A stretch of DNA of 64,000 nucleotides from Lophium mytilinum (lineage: Eukaryota), in assembly GCA_010093605.1 (NCBI GenBank), contig MU004191.1:418816-482815 (forward strand). Reading direction: 5' to 3'. Of the stretch, positions 38,171 to 51,343 are shown piece by piece (within the stretch, counting starts at the first letter, position 1; each line of letters starts with the position of its first letter). A program made the translations under genes and the position numbers. Under the pieces are notes generated by a model. It was given only the letters and a program-made list of their open reading frames with translations. It was not told where the DNA came from and did not search any database.

Positions 38171-39395
38171 GGTTGTTTGAGGTCCTGGGGGGATCTGGGA
38201 GGTTTTAAAGGAGTTTGAGGAAGTTGGGGGGTCTCGGGGGATCTTGGAAGACGAGTATGGAAGACTTTCTATAGATTTGATAGAACCGGCGCCACGTGAT
38301 TTACGCTAGGGATCACGTCATCTGATTTGATACACTAGTGAGATGATGGCAGATAAAGTCGACTCACTGGTGGTTGAAGCCATGGTAACAGCATGAAATT
38401 AGAAGGCTTTGGCATTCGGGCTCAAACCATTCATGTCAAAAACGACGCAGCATCACACCCAGGTTGCGGGTCTGATTTGCGAAAGAATGTGAGTTGTCCG
38501 GAAATGTCCAATGTTAATTATCTGGTATATCCGTTCGAGGTAATTTCCCCTAGGTTAGGCGGTCCTCCGCCTCCAGCCTATCATGTCTTTCTACCCGTAT
38601 GTAATCGTCCCTAAACCTCTCTCTAAATGTAGAAACAAATACCGTCCTACCCACTACACTTTTTCGTTCCATCATTTCCACCTAAGTCTCGCTTGATGAA
38701 GGCTTGCGTCCGGCTACACCCTACAGCTCGCGCGCAAAGTTTCTTGCTTAGCCCCTTCGTTGCTCCGGTCGGGTCTCAAGTCAGGATCGTGGTGGTATAG
38801 CGTGCCATTCTGCAGCAATGGCCGGCTTCCGCTGCTTGGGTCTGAAATAGGTTAGACTTGGTCAGCCTTGCTGCCTTTATGTAGGCTGAAATTGCCTTCC
38901 ACTTGGCTTCTACCTACAGCCTCTCTTTGCGTTCCATGACCTAGCGCGGAAACTGAGACGACCTCTGTAAACCTCCTTTTCTGAGCTAATAATGAGCCAG
39001 CTTGAAGATTCATTGGCTAGCGAGCTGTTGATCCCCTTAAAGGCGTCCAGAATCATTACCTCATACAGTTATTTTGTGACTGGATTTTAGCGCTGGGTCC
39101 CCGGACGCAAAGAAAGGCTGTACGCTGTTCACTCTCTGATTAGTCGCGTTAACTCAAAGCTAGCAACTCCTTAACACTGCAGTCATGCACATCCAACACC
39201 AACTCTCCATCCTGAGCCGACCGAACATACTTCCTTGTGGACGCGCGCGTTAAAGTTAACTTACAGAAGGCTCAACCGCTGACGCTACCCCGAAATGCTT
39301 GTGTGCTTGCGTTCCCACGATTTATAGCCAACTTGCTTTGAGCGTGTCTACACAATCGTTTCCGTTGCCACTGTTGTTCTTCGTACGAAAGTCCG

Positions 39396-40617
39396 ATGAG
39401 TTTAGAAGGCAAGCTTGGTTTCGTGCCAGAACCGAATGGCCGTGGAACCAGAGGTTTACTGTGGAGCTGTGTTTTTACCTGGATACTCTGCTTATGGGTA
39501 CTATTCCACATCAACATACCTACGCCCAACGAAAGTACTAGAAAAGTCGCTGGTCCCAAAACATGGTTCTTCTTCTTGGGCATCATCGGGCCAGAGTGGG
39601 TAGCAACAATGGCATTCACACAATTCCGCGATGCGCAACAATTTGTCATCCAAGTTCGAGAACTTCACTCCAAAGCCTACCTACCGAAGCCTTTAGTTGT
39701 ACCAGAAATCACGGAATGTCTACAGATGCTACGCCAGCTCCCGCTCACCCATTGGACACCCACCCAAGGCTTCTACTGTGGTATGGGCGGATTCGCTATC
39801 ATCCCACCGGAGGGTTTACCGAAGCAGTTCCCTGTCAATACCCAGCAGCTCTGCTGGCTTATTGAGAATGGCCATGTCAAACCGCCCACTATCACGTTGA
39901 AGGAGATCAGAGACAAGAGTAAGATGGATTCGCTCCTCAAAGGATTCGCACTTGTTCAGACGCTATGGTTTGCCGCCCAATACATTGCAAGGAACGTACA
40001 GCGGCTCGACACCAGTACACTAGAGGTTATGACAATATCCTATATCGTGTCTACGCTACCGTTCGGTTTACTATGGTGGCGCAAACCATACGATGTCGAT
40101 AGTCCTACATTGCTAGAGCCTCACATATGGCCCTAAGGCACAAGAGAGCGTCTCAAAGAGCTGAGCAAAAAGACAGGCTTTGTGGTTTTCCAAAAAGTCG
40201 ATCTTGTTGAATACGAAAGAATACACAACTCGGTCTTTATCGAAGAGTTGTGGACAGTGAATGATTGGCGACGGACCCCGAACTGCCATGCTTTTTTTTG
40301 TCTGCCTTTATATTAGGTGCAGTTCACTGTGCTGCGTGGAACTACAGCTTTCCAAGCATTATCGAATGCTGGCTCTGGCGTGCATCGAGCTTGATGATCC
40401 TCGTCATTCCAATACTCGGATGGGTGAGTTACTGGGTGCGCGGCGAGGAGACTTTTAACGAAGGCGAAGGATGCATGACTTCTACTTACTTGTTGGAAAT
40501 TTGGGCTATTTTGTTCTACGTCTGGTTTTGATATTTGATGTTTTTCTTGAGTTTCGCGCAATACCAGCTGGTGTTTATAGGTCTGTTGATTGGTCGCTGT
40601 ACATTCCGCGTGTATAG
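39396..40617 (+). pseudogene. Disrupted member of a fungal multi-pass membrane protein family
   Basis: Family motifs P.GRGT..LLWSC, GFYCGMGGF, EIRDKSK.D...K, WWRKPYDV, HCAAWN..FPS..E..LWR and YRSVDW..YIP. Interrupted by TAA (40134-40136), a frameshift near the T-run at ~40291-40299, and TGA (40529-40531). Confidence 0.75.
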
Positions 40618-43189
40618 GTTATGCTTTCCTTCTGCTAAACTAGTTTTATGAATCTCTCGGGTCAATTGGGTTTATTAAAGAAAAAGCTGGATCCTGGTGT
40701 AGAGATGCTTCTTCTACAGCATTGTTGTTCTTAGTGCTGGCACTTTTATAATCTAAACCGGTCAGAAACATGCGTTTATCTGCGGAAGTGCTTCTGTAGT
40801 GCCTCACTATAAATATTCGTATACTTTCACGTTACAGTTTCTAGGTCTCCAATATATTAGTAAAAGCCGATGGCAGCAAATACACCGCCAACTGCGTACA
40901 CTCTTCTAATGCTCTCTGGGGTAGCCTCAAGGGTTTACCCATCGTAGAACGATCTCCTTACTGTCACATTAGTACTTGTTGGCCACGCTCATTTATACGT
41001 GCAAGGGGAGGCGCCGTAAATTTGGTTCGGTGGATTGCGCTTCGGTCAGTTTGGCACTATTAGGAGCCACATATCAATTGGGAAATGAGATTTAATCCAC
41101 GTGATGGTGGTGCCCTTTCACGATGACAAAGCTGTAGAATATCGAAGATCCATAGGTAATATGCTAGAATATAGTCTAGTACCTAAATCCGCATGTCATG
41201 AGGAAGCAGGAAGAGGCTTCGAAAAAGAGTGCACATGCTTGTGTCATAGCATTGTAAGATGATGAATTGTCGATTCTTGAAGCAGGTTGGTTGATGGAAT
41301 CAGGACTCGATGAGATGAAGCGGGGTGATTGTCAAATGGGCTGACGAAACCTTGCATACTCTATCAGTCACGTGTCTTGTTTATGTCAAAAAAAAAACTA
41401 CATAGCAGATGTCAACTTTGAGAGTACTTAGCACGTTCTCTAATTTGGATATCGTTATCAACACACTGTGGTTTACTTCTTTGCGTTATGGCACGCTAAT
41501 CTTTGAGCCTGCTCATACCTACCCGAGGTCAACTCCAACTCCAACTCCTTTCCCCAACTCTCTCTCCACCTCACCGATCTCAAATCCTCCCTCGGTCAAA
41601 ATGCTAATATCAAAAGAGCCCCCAATCCCCCATCCCTGCGAGCGCTTACTTCCCTGTCCCTGTCTCCTCCACCCACAAAACGATCCCTCATCTTTCCCTC
41701 ACACCCTCCTTCTCCGCCAACCCTCGCACAAATCTCAGCACACCGCATCGCCCCGCGCGCCCCAAAGCGGCACCAGCGTACGCAAGGCCGCCCGATCTGG
41801 CCGACCGGGGATAGCGAGAGACGCGCCTTGCCGGGCTGACAATTTCTCTTCTCACGCGCGCACTGCAAAAACGCACATGCGTTGGCATGATAAATTAACT
41901 GCGAGCATTTCCTATTGGCTAGGAAATCCCAAAGCGAAGAAAGAGAGAGTAATGGATTTTACCTGCCTTACAGGATCTGACGCAGCGAAGGTTGGAGAAC
42001 GGCGTACAGAACGGAGAGGCTGGCGTGGCATGCGATGCGAGGAGGTACAGAGACAGACGGGACCGGTCACTTGCTGGACTGCGCGTGAGGGGTGTTGCAC
42101 ACCGTTACGGGTAGCGACGTCTTGACCTACAGCACAGTACCTCTCGAGCTTGTGCTGCTGGATGCTGGTCCTAGTATCCGCGTACTCCTCTTCTTCTCAC
42201 CGGACGCTAGAGCGTCGATAATGTGAGGGAGGATAGAATGCGAAGACCCATCTAGACTTCATGAATGTGCTTCCATCTCGAGGGCTCTCTCACTCTGGTC
42301 CTTGTAAAACTACCAGCTCACTGTGCCTCCACCCCACTAACCCGAGCGCCGCCGGCCACACATATTGATAGCCAGGTTACACACATCACTCATCGAATCT
42401 TCGCTCTGATCTGAGCGCCTTCGGCCACGCCCACGCTGCGCCGTCCACGTACATAAGGCCTGCCTGCTGAAAGCCGCTACCCACCCGGGCGGCCCGCGGC
42501 CGTTGCTCGGGATCTGCGTCTGTCATCTAGGAAGCTCCATGCCATCGCAGTGCCACAAAGCTTGCATCGCGGAGGGCCGGGCCTCGGCAGCAAAAGGCGT
42601 GGTAGCGGGCGGGATTACGTGCGTAAAACGAAGGCGACGCGAGCGATCTGAGGACGGGGAGAGAGAGTTTCAGGGCGCTGAATGTGGTGGTAAGGTCCGC
42701 TTTCTGTGTGAGTGTGCCAGATACCAGCAGAGGAGGGTAGGGGAGAAGGGCAGGGATCGGGAGCAAGAATTGTGCGACTGCTGTGCGAGGTTTCACAGAC
42801 CGAGGGTGTGACGCACTGGGCTATTTTTGGGTCTGACAAGAAATTCTGTTAGATGGGGGGGTTGATTGGTGGGATGGTGGAAGGTTGCGATGGACATGTG
42901 TGGGGATTTGTCGGCATTTCAGGCTGCATGTGGGAGCTGGTTCGGACGTCGCTGAAATGATGTTTTGTTCTCCTGACGCCGCTTTAGCCACGCTGAACGC
43001 TCGCTTGAAGGGCCGAGTGGATGGACCGGGTTAGTTCTCGTCGCCGATGTTGAAGGTCGCCGAAGTCAGGGGTGATATTTATGGTTTACATAGTACCTGC
43101 AAGACCTTAGGCAGAAAACTAAGGTGGAATCCACTCTCTTCTCCGGGACTGAGCTCTTGTGACTGGTCATGAAACTCTTCATGCAGTCT

Positions 43190-44091
43190 CTACGGCCATA
43201 GCTCCTCGGTCGTCCATTGGCCATTAGCACCATATGTGTATCTGTGCCTGCGAGCCGTATTGGGATCGCTTATGTCTGTTTGTTCGACAATGTCGGGGAC
43301 GATAATGACCACGCGGAAATTCTTTCGAGCAGCCTCATTGTGGAGATCTTCCACTTTAGAGCCTAGCTCAAGGTTGTCCTTGTCGTAAGGCTTGTTGACC
43401 GGCTGGCCAGGAGGAGGTCCCTTGAACGACCCTATCCGTAGACACATTGTCAGAAAAAGCCCCAATTGGAACATGTGTGGTCAAACAAACCTCTCATTCC
43501 GGGCGACATATTCCCAAAACTCCCCTCCAGCTCCCTTGCCCAGCTCCACTCCGACTCTTTGCTTTCATCTATGACCCTCATTCTCTTCCCGACCTCACTC
43601 TTCAGGGTTCTGACACCACTTCTTCCCTCGCCATCCCCTTCCTCCACATCCGGTCCGACTACAAACGCTCGACCTTTCAGTCTCCACTGTGTCCCCGTCT
43701 CTTCCGCCCACCACACCGCCTCTACCGGGCCTCCCCCTCCGCTGCCTTGCACCTGCGCCTCGCTCTCGGCGTGTCCCGCACTGCTCATAAACAGATCTTT
43801 CACCTTCTCCATCCGCACATCTGTTGTAAAGGCGGGGCAGTCGGTCTCATAGACCCGTGGATTTCGCTCCGCCTCATTGTGCTTGTTTTCAGGCAGCTCG
43901 GCCCAGAAGCCGCGAAAGATGCAGTAGCGCGCGCGGGGCAGGTAGGGCGTTGGGGAGTTGGAGTTTGGCGGGGCCGGCGTCACGGTGCTGAGGACGAATT
44001 GTGGGGGCTTCATCTCGGACATGTGCTTGTGAAAGAGGGACTTCCATGGTGCGGGTGGGAGAGAGGCCGAGGCGGGCGTCGTGGTAGACAT
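43190..44091 (-). CDS. Pyridoxamine 5'-phosphate oxidase-like FMN-binding protein, 2 exons
   Basis: APWK..F; PRARYCIFRGF; FTTDVRMEK; VEAVWW...TQWRLKG; after the intron GSFKGPPPG...ARKNFRVV...EELWP. Confidence 0.85.
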
Positions 44092-47000
44092 GGTGCGGAG
44101 GAGGAGGGTGAGGCGGGTTGCTGCTGGGGAAGCTATGTTTGCTGTGGGAGTTTTCCTATGCGGAAAGAAGCCTGGGTGTGTAGAATTGGATTAAGCCTAG
44201 AATGGAGGGATTAGGAGCTGAAGGTACCAAGGGGTGGATTAGATGTGGTAGGTGGTTGAAATGGTGACGGCATTGATCGAGCACTTAGAACATTTTGGTG
44301 GAGCTCAGATGCCAAGGACGGAAAATCGAGTGGTCATTGGGGTGTAAATGTCATCTAGATTCGCAGAACTCCAGCGCAGAGGAAATATCTGCCGCTCGTG
44401 AAATACCACAGAGAGGGTTGGGTTTCGTAAGAGGGAAGCGAGCATTGGTGTTGGTGTTGGTGAGGTGAACTATCTGTAGGGTCTCGGCTGTGTTTACATT
44501 TGCGTGCTGCCGTCAAGGATAAGTCAACACATCCTCGGACCATTCAGCTAGAGGTGGTTTCATCATATGGAACGGCTAACAGATTCGCAGTAGAATTCTA
44601 GGTAGCCCTCGTTTAGTGGCAGAAGAGGGTACGCAGACTCACAACGAGGCACTCTGTACTGTACCCCAAAGCGGGCGACGATCTTGATATCCCTTTGTGA
44701 GTCCCCATTTTTGTGCCTTTTTAAAGCACCCAGTCTAGCCTTGCATTAGCGCGTGTCCGGTGTCACCGCTTGTAGGGGGGCCCCTACGAAATCAAGACCT
44801 CCGACATGCCAACGCTAAATGCACAATTATGCACATCGCAAAACTATAGAAGATTACATTTCCGCTATTTAAAACTTCTAAGAAGCTTGCGGAAGGCGAA
44901 ATTATAGTCTTTTTTGTTAGTTTGTGCCTAATCTACTCTTAATCGCATTATTTTTAAGCTTTATCTAGATTTTTAAAGTTTATGGTATCTTGACCATAGC
45001 TTTACGAGGCAGCATGGGCAGTAGATAGTGCGCGTTTGGCGTTAGACGCTAGGAAGCCGAGCTACATTATATCAGGTCTACGGCGTACGCGCACGAGCCG
45101 ACGCTAGCAATTGACTCACCATGGGATGCCAAATTCACGCTAGAAGAGTGGTTGCTTCTACGCGAGGGCTTGATCTGCGAGCTTAAACTCAATGTAGACA
45201 CCAGTAGCAGGAATGCATACAGCAAAATATCCCGTCGCGTTCGGTATCGTTTTGGGAGAGTGGAGGTCCAAGCAAGCTCGAGATCTTCGCACTTAACATA
45301 CGCTTGGCAACGCCTACGCCTCACTTCTCCAGCACTGACCAGCCCCCATCTGACATCGATCAACCTCAGGAGTCTTCGAGATCACGAGATGGAGCACAAC
45401 ACCAGGGTTTGAGACGGCTGACAGCGTCGGATCGGGTTCTCATTCCTCGCACGTTTGAAGTGAGAGATGCTCGAGGGACGCCAGCCCACCCTCGTGCTGG
45501 GCTAAGCACCAAAAGAACCATGTCCCTGCTGTCTCTTACTTGAGGCGCTATCGACTTGCGTATGCACATCCTCCGCACGGCGCGAGCCCGCAGCAGGTAT
45601 CACGAACCGCTTGAAGCAGCAACGGGGGCCGATCTCAGCACAGAGTAGTCAATGCAGCGTTACGGCCCAGTCTGCCACTTCGGCGACCTTCCTGCGGCAC
45701 TGGACTGCGTCCTTGTTGACGTGTACTCGGGGCCTTTGACACAGATGGGTCAGGTGAGTGTATGCTGCTCTGACAGCGAGTCGTTCCGGCCCGGCGCAAG
45801 GGACAATGACTGGCAGCGCCAGTGAGGAGGTCGGATGGAGGTCCGTGAGGGTCGAATGAAGGAGTCGAGTGCTCTCTGCGGCACAGGGAAGCAATACTGT
45901 AGGGACAGCAGAAACGCTCACCGCACAATGAATGTCATATCACTGTCCCCGCTGGAGAACTGACGCCGACCTGCCACTTCGACAGGGCTCCGCGAGAGTA
46001 TGATTCGTCTCATCTGCCAGATATCGAGCACTCGCGCACTGATTGGCGCATCGTCGCGCGGCTTGCCCTCCACCCGCAGCGAAATCTGCGAGGCTGCTGG
46101 ATGCCCACACCCGACAGGTCCGCCCCAAGGCCCGCCGGCGATCTTGAAGCTGGAGGGAGAGGCGTCCGGAGGCGTCGCGCTGCATCTCACTAACGACGCA
46201 TTCTGTGGCCCCCCACAAATGGCCGCGACGGGCTATCCAGGCGATGGGCAGGCCACGGACGCGAGTAGCCTGGAGGTCGCAGCGAGATGGACAATGTTTC
46301 ATCAAACCCCCGGCCGTCCACGTGCATGCTTCCAATTATCGCTCGCAATCTGCCAATCCCTTCATGCCCAGCCGCCAGTGTGCGCAGAGAGGCCTGTCTG
46401 CATTCGGGCGCGCAGACGCTGAAGACGCTGAGGGCAAGCCATCTTTGTCCTCGGTCAAAGGGCCTGCGAGTGCCTCATGGCCCAGCAGCACGGCTCCTCT
46501 GCACCATGCGAGGCTGGACAAGGGCACCTTCGGTCTGCCGCGGCGAGCAGCGCAATGTCGCTTGGTGCGCTGCGCGAGGGTAGGCAACGGGGGCAGTTGG
46601 TTGGTTGGTTGGAGGTTGAGAGTGGGTGGATTTGAGTTTCGAGGTGCATGGCCTTGGAGATGAGGTCAAGCCGCAACGGGAGCCATCGCGACGGCGTGCT
46701 CGGGCGGCCGCTGAGCAGCGCGGGCCGTTCTTCGTGCCCTTTTCGCCCTGCTGCTTGCCAGGCTTGCGCTGCTTTTGCATGACGGATCAAGCCCGGCCCC
46801 AGCAAACAGTCGACATGGGCATCGCTGGCCTGCGCAGTAGCCTGAGGTCTGCCGCTCGCCAACCACATATTCATCTCCCGCCCGCCTCAGTTACCTTTCC
46901 CTAAATACGCCCTCTCCCACCATCGCCGCGCACCCCGAGTGAGTGTGCTGGAGTCTTGTGTAATAATCCCGCATACCTGCCGATACTGCCCAGCCGCTGT

Positions 47001-47274
47001 TGCTCTCGACTCGCACAGCCTGAGCATCCTTGCAACCCCGACTCATTACAACCACCACCTCCGCCATCGTGCTGCCAGCCTGCCTTTAGTGGCTGCCTCC
47101 CTCCTTTTGCGCGCGCTCTCCCACTCGAATCCTACGAACCAGCCGGTCGCAATTGACGACTGCGAATACCTCTCCTTCGCACCCGACGCTCCGCCGTCCC
47201 CTCCCTCCCGTTGATCACCGATCGCCCGGATCCGAGCCGCTCCTGAACGCTTCTCTACCTCCGGGACACGCACC

Positions 47275-48228
47275 ATGGCAAACGCCCAGGAGCCCTTCTC
47301 CTTCCTGCACGAGAACATACCATCATGGTTCAAAAACGTCGATGAGATAGAGGCCAAGGTCGCCAGCCTCCAGTCAGAGATGACAAGGGTGCCAGTCGCC
47401 GCGATAGCAAAGAAGAAGACGGCCTCCACGGAATCAATACCGCTCAACGACGAGAATGCTATTGGGCCGATCCAGGAAGAGGACGACACGTCGGGCGTGG
47501 CCTGGCCAACACAGCTGCAGCTGATGAAGAGGAAGAGGAAGCCAGGCTCGGTACTATCCAGTCACGCGTCAGGCCCCATGAAGTACCGGTCGCGGACCAT
47601 GATCGTCGTATGGTACGATAGCGAGGTGCAGAAGGCGTTTGAGGCCCTCGTCAGGTGTATCGGCACGGGCCGGAACCTCCTCCGGAAAGGAAAGATGGCA
47701 GCAAAGATGGACGCATTAGCTGAAATGGCGAACTCCTTCGATGACGATGGCGATGACGATGACCCAACGGCGAAGATCGGATACAAGCCTCGCGTTTCCG
47801 TCATGCCGAACTTCCGGTCAACAAGGAGGATGGGAGGTCCAGGAGGTCCTGCGGGGGAAGACTCCGGCGCGAAGTTCGATACTGTCGACAAGGAGTTGGA
47901 GAAGGCTCAGAGTCTCTGTGAGCGTGGTGCTCATCAGTTCCTTCGCGACGGCGACTGTCGGACGGAACTCAACGCTGTTCGACAACACTTTGCGGACGTA
48001 CAAAAATTCAGCGAGCAGTACTTGCCGAAGCAATTCAAGGTGAATACAGCAACAGTGGATGAAGTGAAGGTGGAGGCCGCGAAGGAGTTGGAGCCGAAAC
48101 GAGTGCAAGTTCCGACGATTATCGACCGAGTTCCAATGTCATCCAAGGCCATCGAAGTGGACGATGACGATGACGGAGAAGACTGGGTACTATCGCCCAT
48201 TCCGCCGCGCCGCACAGCACGCGTATAA
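47275..48228 (+). CDS. Conserved fungal hypothetical protein (317 aa)
   Basis: Intronless ATG ORF (CACCATGG context) with KYRSRTMIVVWYDSEVQKAFE and LEKAQSLCERGAHQFLRDGDC motifs. Confidence 0.8.
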   Translation: MANAQEPFSFLHENIPSWFKNVDEIEAKVASLQSEMTRVPVAAIAKKKTASTESIPLNDENAIGPIQEEDDTSGVAWPTQLQLMKRKRKPGSVLSSHASGPMKYRSRTMIVVWYDSEVQKAFEALVRCIGTGRNLLRKGKMAAKMDALAEMANSFDDDGDDDDPTAKIGYKPRVSVMPNFRSTRRMGGPGGPAGEDSGAKFDTVDKELEKAQSLCERGAHQFLRDGDCRTELNAVRQHFADVQKFSEQYLPKQFKVNTATVDEVKVEAAKELEPKRVQVPTIIDRVPMSSKAIEVDDDDDGEDWVLSPIPPRRTARV

Positions 48229-49038
48229 AACAACACGTTGCTGATTGCCTGACACTATTTGAGGTGGCCTTGCGAGCTTGGCAGTCAGCCAACCATCTGC
48301 GTTGCTTGCTTCCTGCGATTTAGCGAGTTGGACTTGTGATTTTATGGAGTTATATTGGCGTTTTATCATGGGCATCTCCGGAATGGATGGGGAAACTCGG
48401 ATGCCCTCACGCTCGACACGAACAAATCTTGCATCGATCTCCCGGTTTAGCGTTTCCTGCATGTTCGAATTCTCTGCATTTTCAGGGTCCCCACGGTTTC
48501 GGGTGGGTGTAGCGACTGGATTGAGATTTACAATGCTCTCTGTTCCTTATGGGCCGCCGTGCCCTTTTCACCTTCGCTTGATATCATTTTGTTTCCAGAA
48601 AAGATTGTAATCACATTCGCTACCTAGTCGGAATCTCAACCTTCGTATCACCTTTCATGAGTAGTGCTTCCCGCTGTGTAAACTGATTGCCCTTCTTCTG
48701 TGCATGTCCCTCCATACATTTACCCGTATAGGTCCAAGGATGAACTTGTAGGTACCTAGGCTACTCTGCTGGCGTTGTGCGCGCCTCGTGGCTATGCAGG
48801 GCTGCCACGCGATCGCTCCTTCTTGCCTCGGAAATGTCCGCCACTCAATTCCAACCTCAACTCCTCACCCTTCCCCGTTCCGTCTTCACTACTTCAGCAC
48901 CTCACAACTTGCTCGCTTGTGATGAAGACCAGCTGGTTGCACCAGCTGCAGTGGCTACCTTTGACACCCGCTTGACTGCAAGACACGTCAATTGAACCTC
49001 GCCCAACTCTGTTGCCGAGTCGAACGCTTTGGGAAACC

Positions 49039-50673
49039 ATGCCGCCCGCTCTCAGTGAGTATGATTCTGACGAGTCCTCGGATGGATTGAGCGGTAAGAA
49101 CGGCTACGAGGTAGTAGCAAATGAGATGTCGTATGGAACGGTTTGTGTCTTTAATCGAACTTTACCTGCTTTCTGCTTGCTGACAAGTGGCGCAGAAAGA
49201 GGAATGCTTTAGAGAAGACGACGAGGAAGACCCCAGTGAAGACGAGTCCGAGATACCCTCAGTAGCTCCGACTGCTACTCCGATTCGGACTATTGAGCAG
49301 GAGGAGGAGACAGAGGAGGAACACCGGCTGGCTTGTGACCCTGCTCGAGGCCTATGTCCTGCCTACTGACGAATTCAAACAGAAGATAGATCCCGCCCAA
49401 GACCGCGACGGCAATGTCAGTAACGCCGAGTCTTCAGTGCTATCCATGGCGCCGAATAGTACGCCACCGTCAGCTCAACGGAGCGTGGATGATGATGAAG
49501 ACGATGAGGAGGTACGCAATGTGTTCGAAGCTCTAGAGACCATACATACTAACGCAAATGTATCAGGAGAACTCTTCATCCCCAATGCCACAGCCATCTA
49601 AGTTCCCGGGAAAAAAGAACACAGGAATGCTCGCTGGACTCGACTACCAAAACATCATCTATATTTCAGATGACGAAAACGATTCTACCGATTACGTTAC
49701 ACCCCCGACGTCTTCATACCATACTACCAGGCAGGCAGTTCGTGGAGAACAGAAGGTCGACCTTCAGTACGACGGCAGTTATCATCCCTTGGATGACTAC
49801 CTCAGACCCAAGCAGGCCGCTAGAGTAAGGTCCAGGTATGAAGCAGATGTCAAGCATGAAGACGTGGACTCAGGCTCGGAATCAGACTCAGACCGAGAGA
49901 GCTTGAAATCGGAATCGGGCTCGGAGAGTGAAGAGGAGGATGTGGTCAAGAGCAAAGCAACAAACAAACTCAAAGGGAAAGACATCAAGGTTGAGCGTTC
50001 GCCGACGAGACGTTCTACTCGTGCCCTTCAGCAGTCTCGTGTCATCTACGACGTCAAGGTCCATCCCCAAGATAAGGAATTGAGCGAGCTCGGTATCGTC
50101 ACTGGCCGCAAACGACGGATGGTCGAGAGTTCGGATGACGAGGAGGAAGAGCCCTCGTACCAACGCAAGAAGTCGAAGCCAATTCGAACGTCCTCGCGAG
50201 CTGTGGAGGGACGTGCTGTCAGGTTCCGACCGCAGAATCGCAAGGCACGTGCCCAGCCTGCTGCCTCATCCTATGATGCTTCCCACACCACTGAGTACTC
50301 TGCACCTCATTATTATGCCGAGGGCCTTGATGTCTTTGACATGCCCCCTGGCGAGCGATACTTTCCGCACAAGAATGATGCACTGTTTGACGGACTGCTA
50401 ACTCCAAACGGAGTCTTCAGGATCCATGAGGAGTCGCACGAAGTACAACGCGCTGCCGAAGCAAGTGCGAGCCCCGCTAGGACCTTCATTGATTACGAAA
50501 AGGAGAACATCGACCAAGAGCACATGGATACGGTGATGGATCTAGTTGCAGGCGTGACCATTCAACCGGCGGACCTGTTGAATGGCATGGACAGAGAGGT
50601 CGATATCCAGCTCCTAAGAATTGCTGGAGTCAGCACGCAAGACATTGAGGACCTGGAGGACATGGAGCTATGA
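49039..50673 (+). CDS. Acidic, low-complexity hypothetical protein with YD...HP.D motifs; ~4 exons, internal boundaries uncertain
   Basis: ATG at 49039, introns 49141-49195 and ~49512-49567 with branch sites, and a long final ORF to 50673. Confidence 0.65.
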
Positions 50674-51256
50674 GGAGAGTGGGGAGTAGTATGGACGAGT
50701 CAGCGCGCTTTCGCAGCTGAATACTTCATCAGCTTCCGCAATACTTGAGGTCTAGTTTCAGGCGGCGGGAAGCATTCAATATTTGGTCGCGTCGAAGGAA
50801 TGCGGCGATGCTATACCGTCTTATACATGAGTTCAATCAGCACAGTAGTTAGTTGCAAAATAACGAGATAGCTCCGTCAGATAAATACCAAAAGTGTTTC
50901 AGGGCGCATGCCTCGTACAAACTTGAACCTTAAGATCAAAGCAGTGCAAATCAAAGCAATGAAACGTGAATTTTTACAAGGACTGTAGCTGACCTGAGTT
51001 GTTGTCTGAATACCAAATACTCTTCAAAGAGTTTTGAAGGGTGGCAGAATGAGTGCAACCATGCGTCAAAACGGTGAATACCACACCCAACCTCGAAAAC
51101 ACACACCCAGTCTCGGAAGATCTATTATCTCCTTCTAACCATTGTTTCATTCAATCCTACTAATAATTCAACCATGTCATCCTCTTCTTGATAGGCAAAA
51201 AAACTCCCATCTTCGTTGTAAGGTGAGGAGTTGCATCCGAAAATGCAAAAGAATCG

Positions 51257-51343
51257 TGCTTCCACACGGATTTGAACCGTGGACCTCGGCATGGCAATAA
51301 TGGGATTACTAGTGCCGCGCTCTACCAACTGAGCTATAGAAGC
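51257..51343 (-). tRNA. tRNA-Thr(AGT) with a 14-nt intron
   Basis: Minus strand reads GCTTCTA-TA-GCTCAGTTGGTAGAGC-G-CGGCA-CTAGTA-[ATCCCATTATTGCC]-A-TGCCG-AGGTC-CACGG-TTCAAAT-CCGTG-TGGAAGC-A. All stems pair and a T-run follows. Confidence 0.95.

Noticed and set aside
41409..43100. ORFs 41409..42125 (+) and 42527..42796 (-) as genes
   Set aside because: Low-complexity, no recognisable motif and no convincing splice model; a decayed gene cannot be excluded.
45067..47214. Many 80-150 aa ORFs upstream of the 47275 gene
   Set aside because: GC-rich intergenic/5' region giving ORFs in all frames with Arg/Ala/Pro-rich composition typical of non-coding DNA.
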